Below are positions 15,651 to 27,351 of a DNA stretch of 64,000 nt, in pieces (position 1 is the first letter of the stretch; each line of letters starts with the position of its first letter). The translations under genes were made by a program, and so were the position numbers. The notes under the pieces are model-generated. The model was not told the origin of the DNA. It made no database searches and saw only the letters and a list, made by a program, of their open reading frames with translations. Origin of the DNA: the human T2T-CHM13v2.0 reference genome, Homo sapiens. Location: NCBI RefSeq assembly GCF_009914755.1, contig NC_060928.1; one strand, given 5' to 3'.

Positions 15651-15912
15651 TCAAATATATGTAATTTTAATGCTCAAAGAAGGTGCAAAAATAATTGTCT
15701 GCAAGTTTATATTGGCAATGTAATAGTTAATAAAAATAAATTTTTGTTTTTGAAAATGGGAAAATAATACACAATAATCATGCTTCCATAAAGAACACAT
15801 TTCAGATTTGACTTTTAAAGTCCTAGGTATAAATATAAGTAACGGAGAATTTAGAAGGGCTATGAAAATAAAATGAGAGCAAAATACTCTGAAAAGTAAT
15901 CCCAAAGACAAT

Positions 15913-16026
15913 TGTTATGGTTTGACTATGTTCCCCAAAATTCATGTGTTGGAAACTTAATTCTCAGTGCAACAGTGTTGTGAGATGAGGTCTTGAAGAT
16001 GTGATTAGCTCATAAGGCTCATAAGG
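15913..16026 (+). mobile_element. MST/MLT1A-type MaLR LTR 5' fragment
   Basis: tgttatggtttga...ccccaaaattcatgtgttggaaacttaa...gtgattag. Confidence 0.65.
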
Positions 16027-16119
16027 ATTCAGATAGGGAAAATATAAAGCAATTACCCCCTGAGGAACTAACGCTCCAGTAGAGTAATTAATTGTAACAA
16101 AAAGGTAAAGGCACAATAT

Positions 16120-17330
16120 CATCGCTATTCAACATTTTTAAAAAGTACCAGGTATGTACTAAGCACTATATATAATAGTGTTCAGAAATTATCATGTTAC
16201 ATGCCATTGTGGAGGTTGCAGTATAATGTGAGGAGGTGGATGTTAATCAAATGATTAACAAAAAATATAAAATCATAACAGTTATTGATATGGTTTGGCT
16301 CTGTGTCCCCACCCAGATCTCACCTTGAATTGTAATAATTCCCACATGTCATGGGACGGACCCAGTAGGAAGTAATTGAATCATGAGGGCAAGCCTTTCC
16401 CATGCTGTTCTCGTGGTAGTGAATAAGTCTCATGCGATCTGACGGTTTTATAAATGGGATTTCCCCTGTGCAGGCTCTGTTGCCTGCCACTATGTAAGAT
16501 GTGACTTTGCTCATCCTTTGCCTTCTGCCATGATTGTGAGGACTCCCCAGCCATGTGGAACTATGAGTCCATTAAACCTCTTTTATAAATTACTCAGTCG
16601 TGTGTATGTTTTTATTAGCAGTGTGAGAAGAGACTAATACAGTTATACATGAAGAAAAGGATCAATACATGGAGCTACTATGTTGTACCATGGAAGAGTC
16701 TGAGGTAGATTTGGTGTTCATACATGCTTCTCTGAAGAAGCAGTGACTGAGTTGAAATCTGAAGAATGAGTATAAATGAGAGCAATGAGCATGTCCCCAC
16801 ACTCTACGGCTGGAATGGGTTTGGTGAATCCAGTGAGCTGGGAGATGGCCAAAATGGCTCATGGAAAGACTGAAATGGAATACACTGCAAAATGAGGCTG
16901 AGTGGCAGATAAGGAGCAGACCATTGAAGACCTTAGCTCTGTAAAGGGAACAAACACCAAGCGTCAAGACAAGGATGGGGTGGGAGTGGTGGAATTGTGA
17001 CCTGATTGCATTTGGGATTTTAAAATGTTACACTGGCTGTAGTGTAGAGGAAAGATTAGAGAGGGCTAATGGTGATAGAAGTAGATGAGTGGGCAAGGAC
17101 AAGATAATGGTGGCATGGACAGAAAGAATTGGAGGCAGATCAGAGATTTAAATATGAGACAAAGTAGAGATGAATTGCTAACAAATGAGTAAAAAGATAG
17201 AGGCGGGAAAGATGTCAAGGACAAAATCTAGGTTTCTGGCTAGCTTAATTAAATGATAATGATATCATTCATCAAGTTTGGGTCTCCTCCTTCCACACCC
17301 CCCTAAAAAGGACATTAGGTTAATGTTTGT
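16120..17330 (+). mobile_element. L2 remnants, interrupted by THE1B
   Basis: L2-like motifs attcaacatttt, ctctgaagaagcagtgactgagttgaaatctgaagaatgag, ttttaaaatgttacactggctgtagtgtagag, ctaggtttctggc. Confidence 0.6.
16286..16641 (+). mobile_element. THE1B-type MaLR solo LTR
   Basis: tgatatggtttggctctgtgtccccaccc...attaaacctc...gactaataca; perfect TSD gttat at 16281-16285 and 16642-16646. Confidence 0.93.
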
Positions 17331-19244
17331 TTAGATACCATAAATGACATGTTTAGTAGGTCCTGTTAGTAAGAAATCTCCATTTCTCTGGCCTCATATT
17401 TCTATAGAGAAGAGCTTCAAAAAATAATAATAATAACATGTTGGCCTTTATTTTTACTTCTTACTCAGTGCTCTCCAGTGAAGATGGAAAAATTATCTGG
17501 TTAATAATTTGGAGGTTAATGTTGTACTCATATCTCTCTCCCTCTCTTTCCTTTCTCTCGTCTCTTTCTTTTGAAGGTTTGGGGTATTTCTACATATTTC
17601 CAGAAAGCTTAAAAGCTTAATTTGCCTCTGCTATAGTGGGATAGATTTTGAATTATCCTTCTTGCTTGTTAAAATGTAGACAAGTTTGTCATTTTCAGGT
17701 AGAGTATGTTGAAAGCTCATTTTGGTCACAGAGATAAACTGTACTCTAATCAGTCTACCAGTAATAAAGCTTACACTTCAGTCTTCCATTTATCTTTCTC
17801 CTGTGACTGTCTCTTAATTGGCTTTTAACTTATGAGGGAAAGGGAATGTGATTTAAACCTCCTAAAACTCTTACATGTAGCTCAGGAAATGAGTAATCTG
17901 CCTCTAGAAGTAATTGAAGCTGTGGATATGGATGAGACTGCCTTGGGATAGAATCGAGAGGTAGGTGAATAGCCTAAGACTGAGCATCTAATCACAACTG
18001 AGTGTCAGTTCTGGTAAATTAAGATGACGGATAAAATACGTCAAATAAATTTAAACAACATGAACATTATATTTGTGATTTTAGAAAATGGTAAGAAGCC
18101 AGATTGAAGTCATATCTCGTGTTTCTGGTCTTGTTAGGTGATTGGGCAGGTTCAAGTGGGAAATAACTTTTTGGAAGAGATATTTCTTTAACTGCTTCTT
18201 AAAGTTGAGTAAAAGTTAGAAAAGGGAAGAGAATGAGCAAAGCTTGAGAGGAAAAAGATAGCAGGAAATTTCAAAATCACCTTCTTCCTTCCTTTTTACC
18301 TTAAAAACCCATCTCTAAGAACTAACACTTATTTAGGTGCTGTAACTTGAGGAAAAAATGATTCACTAGAAAAATTCTAGGACATTTATTTCAGTGGTTA
18401 TTTATATAGTCAATAGTAATCATCAGAAAATATACTCTGAAAATTGGAAAATATACCTATTTTATTTACTTAAATATTTCAAATTTTACGCTGTTGTTCT
18501 CTGAAAATATAAAAATGAAATTTCATCAAAGTTTCTTAGTCATTATTATAAAGTATGATATTTTCAGCATGAATTAGAACAAATATATAGTCTTGACATA
18601 TAGCTTATTATTGGGGATTATAGAGTTGTTTGCAGTGAAGGGATTTTAGCACTTCTTTTAAAAAATTGGTTTCACAAAATGTATCACTGGAAAATTTATT
18701 TCCCTTTGGAGAATTCTGCTGTGACTACAAATTCACTCTTGTCAATTCTTTGCTATAGCTTTGCTAGAGAGCATGTATAATACTAAACTATAATATAAAC
18801 TTAATTGGATTGATCCATTTATGTATTTATTGCATTTGTCTGGAAATTATTACCATAAACTTTTAAATAGTAAGTTTTAACACCTAATATGGTGTTATGA
18901 TGCACATAGAAACTATTTTTAAATTTATAGAATCAAATAACTTGATTACAATTTTATGATTATCCTATCTAAGCTCCAGCCTAGTACAGGAGTCTGTTTA
19001 TCACTGAAGACCATTTATTAGCATATTTTAAATATAATAAAAGGGAGAGCACATGCTTGTGTTATAAGACAAATCATATTTTTGTTGTTTACAAGGTTTG
19101 TTTTCATATTTGATTTGTCTTCTCCTAATTTCAATCCCTAGTCTGTCCTTCACATAATACATCAATACAAAAATCAATTACCAATTTCAAATGATAACTT
19201 TTCAAATAGATGAAGCAGACATGGACATCACCCACACTGAAATG

Positions 19245-19551
19245 TTTTTTGTTTTGTTTTGTTTTGTTTGAGACAGAGTGTCTCTCTGTAGCCCAGGCTG
19301 GAGTGTAGTGGTGTGATCTCAGCTCACTGCAACATCCACCTTCTGGGTTCAAGTGATTCTTATGCCTCAGCATCCTGAGTAGCTGGGATTACAGGCACGT
19401 GCCATCATGCCCAGCTAATTTTTGTATTTTCAGAAGAGATAGTGTTTTCACGTGTTGTCCAGGCTGATCTCAAACTCCTGGCCTCAAGTGATCTGCCTGC
19501 CTCAGCTTCCAAAAGTTCTGGGATTATAGGCATGAGCCAAGCTGCCTGGCC
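19245..19551 (-). mobile_element. AluJ-like element
   Basis: Full dimer with ctggcctcaagtgatc; TSD core cacactgaa on both sides. Confidence 0.9.
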
Positions 19552-19874
19552 CTCACACTGAAGTTTTTTTTAATGTAAATTCTCTGTCAGTTACTACACA
19601 ACTTAAAAGGTAAATGAGAACAGTTCTTTTTGTTTTTTTCAGTTCCATCATTTACTTTTTCATATGGCTAGTTTCCAAATGCTGCACCTTTTACATGATC
19701 AGCTCTGAGAGCTTTATCTTTTATTAATTTTATTTATATTTATTAATCATGGTTATTTAAATTATTTGTTTGTTGAGTGCTCTGTATGTGTTAAGATCTG
19801 TACGGACTGTTTTATATTTATTAATTTAGTAAATACCTGCTGAGTTCATTCTATATATCTGGTACTTGAATTCA

Positions 19875-20400
19875 GTACAGTGGAACAATGGATGTGTTAT
19901 AGGAATTAGACCTTATACAATTGTGGGAGGAGCTGAGGAAATACAGATGGAAAAAGGAGAAAGTTTGAGAAAAGATCACCAGTCAGTCTTCCCAAAGCAC
20001 TGTCACCTTTGGCATGAGAATGCTGAGAACCCAAGCACATTTGGTTGCTGAAGTGGGACTGCAAATGAAAGTTTGTAGAAAAGTCAGTTAGAAGCTTTTG
20101 ACCCTGTAAGATCTATCTGCTGTAGGCCCACTGCTAAGAGTCTGGTAGTGGGTCCAAGGCTGCTGTTATTCAAATAGGACTAATAGATGAGAATAAGAAT
20201 TAGACACAAAGCAGAAGAGAGTAAAAACAAGCTAGAGTTTGCTGGGCGCTCTGTTTCAGTCACTCTCTGTGTCTGATGTAGGTTTAGAGAGTAATGCCCA
20301 CTGCTTCACTTTCCTATCCCAAATCTTGCACAAGTTCCTTTTCTGTTCAACTCTAATCCAGAACTATACAAAGAAAAGAACACTGGGTAGTATAGTTAAT
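19875..20400. mobile_element. Probable ancient ERVL-class LTR remnant
   Basis: Resemblance only (ttataggaattagaccttatacaattgtggga...ccagaactatacaaagaaaagaacactggg); family not assigned. Confidence 0.35.
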
Positions 20401-20973
20401 AGCTTAACTATTAGAGAGCCAATAGTTCAAATCTGCAAGGGATGCTTGGGATTCAGTGGTGAAAAGACAGAAAAAGTTCCTCGCTTCTTGCAGTTACATT
20501 CTAGTGGTAGAGTCAGAAAATAATAAATATTTTATTTAATGTCAAGCAGTGGAAGTTCAGGAAAAATAATTAAGCAGAGAAAGGAATGGAGAATGATGCC
20601 TTGGAGCAGCATGAGTGGAGGATGAGATGAGGCTTCCCTTTTTGAGTAAGGTGGATGAGGAAGACTCATCTAAGGAAATGCAAATGAGCCTTAGAGACCT
20701 CAGTGATGTAATGTGAATCTTTCAGCTACCTAAAACAGATCAGTACTGGCAGAGGGTAGGCAGCAGGTGGGAAAAAGCTTGGTGATTTTTGGAAGAGCCG
20801 GGTAGTGTGTTTAAAGTTGAATGAGTGAAATGGAGAGTTCTAGGAGCAGATTTAGAGACCTTTCCAGGGATTCGTTCAAAGAGAACATTATAGGCATGAA
20901 ATGAGTTTGGACAGTGTATGATAGGAGTCCACTGGAGAGTTTTAAGCAGAGATGAGACAAGTTTGAATTTACA

Positions 20974-21633
20974 TTTTATTTTATTTTATTTTTGTGGGAG
21001 ACCAGAGTTTTATTATTACTCAAATCAGTCTCCCCAAGCATTCAGGAATCAGAGATTTTAAGGACAACTTGGTGGGGAAGGGGAAGCCAGTGAGCCAGCG
21101 GTGTTAATTAGTTAGGTAGGAGATGAAATCACAGGGAATTGAAGCTGTCCTCTTGTGTTGAGTCTGTTCCTGGGTGGGGGCCACAAGATCAGAGGAGCCA
21201 GTTAACCCATCTGGGTGGTGCCAGCTAATCCATCAAGTGCAAGGTCTGCAAAATATCTCAAGCACTGATCTAGCAAGCAGTTCAGGGAGGGTCAGAATCT
21301 TGTAGCCTCCAGCTGCATTACTCCTAAACCATAATTTCTAATCTTGTGGCTAATTTGTTAGTCCCGCAAAAGCAGTCTAGTCCCCAGGCAAGAAAGAGAT
21401 TTGTTTTGGGAAAGAACTGTTACCATCTTTGTTTTAAACTATAAACTAAGTTCCCCCCAAAGTTAGTTCAGCATACGCCCAGGAATGAACAAGGACAGCT
21501 TGGAGAACAAGATAGAGCCTGTTAGGTTAGATCTCTTTTACTGTCTCAGTCATAATTTTGCAAAGGCAGTTTCAATCCCTCCCTTTGGGTTTTAAAACAC
21601 CTCAGTCTTATGGTGTAGGCTATGAAGATGGGA
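20974..21633 (-). mobile_element. LTR8 (ERV1) 3' end: short internal stub, PPT and U3-R, ending in an A-rich tail with no U5
   Basis: Minus strand: PPT aaagggagggat (21586-21575), LTR start TGAAACTGCCTTTGCAAAATTATGACTGAGACAG (21574), AATAAA (21014-21009), then a tail at 20993-20974. Inserted in an L2. Confidence 0.85.
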
Positions 21634-24269
21634 CAAATCCTGCCATCTTTGTAGAGAGTAGATTCTAGCGAGCCAACGCGAGAAAAATGGAGTCTACATG
21701 AAAAATGATAGCTCAAACTGGGAATCTAGCTGATGTGGTAGAAAGAAATATATCCTGAATCTACCTTGTAGGTAGAGCTATATAGTAAGACTAGCTAATA
21801 GACCATTGTTAAAAAAGCAAATGGAGTTAAGGATCATCCTAATTTTTTTAGCAAATAAGTGAGTTTTGGCAGTATTTGCAGAGATGAGTAAGAATGGAAC
21901 ACCAGTGAGTTTAGGAGATAAATTATTCTCTATTAGAAGTTAGAGATTTTGTGTTGATTAGGCAGTTACAAAGAAAGGAATTGAGGTGAAGCGAGGAGAG
22001 ATGGATATTGAGGTGTACATTTTGTAGTTATTCAAGTCCATAATGTGTTTAGGGACACGATACTAGAAAATCAGTGGGGAAGATGGTATAGAGTTTAAAA
22101 AGTGAAGAGAAGTGATATTCTTGTGGCAAAGATTGTGTACAACTTAATAAGAGAAGTGTTGTTACATTCTTATGGCATATGCTTACCTGGAGGGAGTAAT
22201 GCTTCTTATGCATAACCTGATTTATATCCTATTTTCCTTCACAACAGATTTGAGCTGATGTTCAATAATACTTTTGGCACTCCAGAATAAAATGCAAACA
22301 GAGGGTAGTTGGGTGCAAGAGAGAACCAGGGTAGTTAAATTTTGTAGCTGAAAGTAAGTTAGCACAGGTGTATTAAAAAGAAATGATGATGAAGATGAGC
22401 TGCAGATTTTTTTGCAGTGTCCAAAACAAGAGGAGCAACACAATTAGTCAAATTGTTAGAAGATTTATAATATTCATAAATTAAAAAATAAAAAAGAGAA
22501 ATGGAAAAGGAAGAATTGCTCTGAAAATATTTGCGAAGGCTCTGGGCTTCTATGCGCTTCAAGTAGTGTTAAACCAATTTCCTTTGAATTGTCTGAGATG
22601 ATATTACATAGTATGGCAAGTGATATTTGGAATTCTTGTGACATTATGTTACTGAAATGAAATTCAATAAAAACAGTCCTACAGGGACCCAAGCAGTTTT
22701 ATACAAGTTCTTAATTCTCTAGTAGTCTGTCTTGATCCAAGATAAACTTCATTTATTTCAGGTAATCTTCCACAAAATTCTCTCAACTAGGAGTTTGATA
22801 ATTATTGCAAAGGAAAGAGTTATTCTTTCTTCAAAGGAACTGTACTTCTTTCTCTTCCTGTTCATATGTGGGAAACATATGATACCATGTATTATATTTT
22901 TCTATATTCCTTGGGATGTTAAACTTACAACTGGACAATACTCCAAGTTCCCTGTGATCGTAGTTGATATGACAGGATGACCAACTCCTTTGGATAAAAT
23001 AAATTGGATTTTTAAATTAAGTTCCAAACTTTTGGGAGTGAGAAATATTTTGGTAGTCAAGAAATGCTCATGATGATGACTACAGTGATAAACTGGAAGT
23101 AATATTTTATGAACAATGACACATAAGCCACCAACATGTGGTAGTTAGGAATAACTATAAAACATCTATAAAAGAACTAAAATTTACAAAACCCTCAGTG
23201 TAATGAATATGAGAAATAAAAATCTCAACATCAATAAGTGAGTCAATTTAACAATATTTCTCACTATTTCTATAGGGTAATAATAGGCTTTTGAACTGAA
23301 AAAAAAAAACCACAAGGACAAGCTTCTAGTTTCTTCTGATATTTCAATAAAAATTGTCTATTTACAACAGCAGTCCTAACAACAAAAAATACTACTTTTT
23401 ATACTCCTCTGATTAAACAAAAATTCAAAAGTTGCTTGTAACCAGAGGAGCTAATAATCATTATTAAGTATTTACTAGGATAAAATAATTTAATGAATGG
23501 AAAAAACATAGTTCTCATGACTATCTAAATTATATTTCAAATGTTAAAATTAAGTCTTGTATTGTTATTAAACATTTTTAAGGCAGTTAAATTTTTAATT
23601 GTGTTGAATTCAGCAGAATCTTTTAGGTTATTATAATAATTATAAGATGAATTTTCTTGACTACCAAGCCAAAAGAATTATTTCAAATAGTTTAAATACA
23701 ATTTTCTGTAGAAAGAGAAGTAAGGAAGATGATTTTTTTCCACATGAGTATCATTATTAAGTAGACGACAGCAAATACAACCAAGAAAATCCATCTTTGA
23801 AGTGTGCTAAAGGGTGGCTCGTTTAGATATGGCAATTAATCACTGCATTATTTATAGTACTTTAGGAACAGCTCATACTACATTAATCAGGGATAACTTC
23901 TGCTTAATTAACAAGACTGCCAAAAAATGTCAAACACAAGCACAAAAACACAATGGAATAAAAACAAGAAAACAAGTGTTAGCTAGCGACTGATCACCAC
24001 AAAGTGAAATTTTAACTTGCATCACAATATTTTACCTGCTTGAACTTTTATACTTTAGCTGGATATTTCATGAAACGATGATTTCTTCTCAAGGTTGAAA
24101 AGGGTGCTGTTTAGGACACATAGTAGCAAAATAAGGTAATCCATATTATATAGTGTTTCACTTCTGACCACCTCTTCTGTAGTATGTTTGTGTAGCTTAT
24201 TCTGTCTAGGCAACTGCCTACTTTCCCACATGGATTGGGCAGGCATTACTGAAGTGCCAAAATAGACTG

Positions 24270-24480
24270 TAGTTAGATTGCCTAGTTTAAATTCTGGCAC
24301 CATTATGTCCCAGCTGTGTGATTTAAGATAAAGTAATCAACTTCTCTGTACCTTCATTTAATAATTTATGAAAGAGATGAAAAATGCCAACTAACTTACA
24401 AGGTGGTTATGCAAATTAATATATTTAAAGCATTGACCAATCTGTAACTACTCAATATGTATTAGGTGTTATTATTATTT
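24270..24480 (+). mobile_element. MIR SINE
   Basis: ctagtttaaattctggcaccattatgtcccagctgtgtgatttaagataaagtaatcaacttctctgtacctt. Confidence 0.65.
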
Positions 24481-26551
24481 GTATTTTTTAATCAGGAAAA
24501 TTATCCTCTATCTTCTTTAGCTTTCTATAGCTCTCTCTTCCTTAGCCTCTGAAAGATAACCTAATCCCACCTACTTTCTTTCTCTTTAACATCTCACTTG
24601 GACACCTGAGCAACTGCTGTATGCATAGTACAATGCAATGAATACTTTATGATTCAAACACACAGTTCAGGCTTTCTATGGTAACTTGTACTTCATACAT
24701 CTCTGGCATGTAGTTTTCTCAGATATTTGATCAGTTTCATATGTCCAAAGTTATGTCACATTTAATGAAACTATAACTAATAATAAGACCTTGGGTCATT
24801 CTCTGACCACCAATACTGAAATACCTAGAATAACACAAATTCCTAGGACTTCTTGGTCCACGGAATATATGGTAACATGATATACAAAGAACTTTCATGT
24901 GATGAGCTAAAGCAGGAAAATGGTATTCAGGGTAGAAAAGGTATATGCTTTGCTTAAGGATGTGATAAATAATGTAACACAGTTGGGAATAACCAATAAT
25001 TGTAGATGTCTACCTGATCTAGTCTGTCCATTTTAAATGACAGCAGCAATCAGTATTAATGCTAAAACAAGGAATTACAAACATAGTGCAACCTTCAGAT
25101 ACACAGAAATGATAGCTTCATCTAAATCCAGAAGATACTGCTTAAGTGAGGTTCTGTAGATACTCAAGTATATGAAGAGCAACAGTATGAAATGCTTCCC
25201 CTTTGGAAATACAATCACAAAGAACAAGAGCAAATATCTTTCCTTTGATTTGTTGAAAAACTGTTTATTATATATTATGTGAAATTATCACATACATTTT
25301 TTTCACCTTTTCTTTCCACTGATACAAGCATTTGTTCATGGACCTGAAGGGACCTTCTCTCTCTTTTATTACTATATAAACCCTAGAAATGCAAAAAGCA
25401 TAAGGTCACCTCCTAGAAGAAACCTTCCTAGATTATCTGACATGAAAATCATATTTAGTAGGTGAGCCATCCAAGGGCTCATGTTTTAAAATGGAGGAGG
25501 GTGAGCATACCTATGTGTGTTAGTGTCAGGACACAGGTTTTTGACCAATGGTATCAAAATCACTGGGTTAATGTCATTTCCCTTCAATCTCACCTACTAG
25601 GAACTCAGATCACATTGAATTATTAAATAGTGGACTTGAATTCAGGCTTTTATGTGTTTGTTCTATTTTTGGCTTAATGTCTTACTAACTTCCTATACTC
25701 TGATCCGGCTCAAAATATCAGAAGGATGCTCCAAATAATACATACATTTTCATTCTTGTATTAGTTAATCTTGTATTCTTTCATATTGGGTTTGGCTTTA
25801 GTGGCTTCCAATTATGGGACCTTATCAGTATTTAGACCACATTCTTGATCTATTATGTTCCCTAAAACGTATGACAAATATATTTTGATGAATGAATGAA
25901 TGAATAAATGAAGGGGTTGGGATAAACAGCCCCATGAAAATGAAAAAGATAGCATACAAACATAGGTTTGTTGAGTTATGGACTAAATTGCAACCCACAT
26001 TATTGATAAAAAACTGTTTTCTTGTTGTTAAATGCTGTATTTTCAGTCCATCTCAGATGTTATATAGAAAAATATACTAGGAAAAGCTAGTACAATGAAT
26101 GGTCCCTAGACCTTCTATTTTGCCTTATTATAATTGTAGATGGAAAATTCAATTTTTAAGAAAATGTAAATAAAGAGATCATGATAAGGAGATGACTTTT
26201 TAAAAGGTAGCAACTAGAACATTTTATCAAAATAGCAACAAAATGTTAACAAATAGAGCGAATAGACCAAGTTATCTTGGTTTCAGTTGGTTAAGTTTAA
26301 TTAAATGAATATAATAAGCCCAACACAGTACAAAGTTTTATTGTAAATAATTAAGTTTTATAGATTTTCTTATCTTAATGAATGCAAAGTTTTTGTTGTG
26401 TTTTCTACTCTAATTGAAAAATAGAAAATATTCGAAAGACTTACCAAAAATCAAGCTATTGCTAGGGAAACAATCTACTCTGTGCTTCTTTGGAGATTAG
26501 AATTATTTTGTTTTCAATATTTGATTAATGCTAATAAAAATAATAGTTTTG

Positions 26552-26857
26552 GGCCAGGCACGGTGGCTCATGCCTGTAATCCCAGCACTTTGGGAGGCTG
26601 AGGCGGGCGGATCATGAGGTCAGGAGATCAAGACCATCCTGGCTAACACGGTGAAATCCCGTCTCTACTAAAAATACAAAAAATTAGCCGGGCGTGGTGA
26701 GGGGTGCCTGTAGTCCTAGTTACTCAGGAGGCTGAGGCAAGAGAATGGCATGAACCCGGGAGGCGGAGCTTGCAGTGAGCTGAGATCACGCCACTGCACT
26801 CCAGCCTGGGCAACAGAACGAGACTCCTCACAAAGTAATAATAATAATAATAATAAT
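26552..26857 (+). mobile_element. AluY with (TAA)n tail
   Basis: gagatcaagaccatcctggctaacacgg and ggagcttgcag diagnostics; TSD aataatagttttg. Confidence 0.93.
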
Positions 26858-27351
26858 AGTTTTGAAAAACATTTTGTTTGGCATTTATTTTTCAAGTTTC
26901 TAAAGAATTTACTGGAGGCATTGTAAGAAATTCATCTTTAATTCTTATTCTTTTGTTTTCTTTTTTCTCTCTTAACTTCTGATATTTCCTTCGGTAATCC
27001 TGTTACAGTTTCTAAATTTTCAGTAAGGAAAACAAAAGAGAATAGAACTATAACAGGTTTATTTTTTCCTTGTGGACAATTGGTATATTCCCGTATATTC
27101 TTTCCCTGTGATATTAAGAAGAGATAGCATTTATCATAATTTTCTTTTTATTGAACATTTTGCTTTGAGTATTAAGTTATAACTATTATGTTTTTTGCTA
27201 ATAAGAACATGTAAGTAAACTAACTTACATTTTATTTACCATATTTTAGAAATTAAACACATGGATGTCAGAGACATTTTGTGAAGCTAAGACCTACATT
27301 TCCTATCTTTTAATGTTTATTTTATTATGCCACTTCCATGATAGTTAAACT

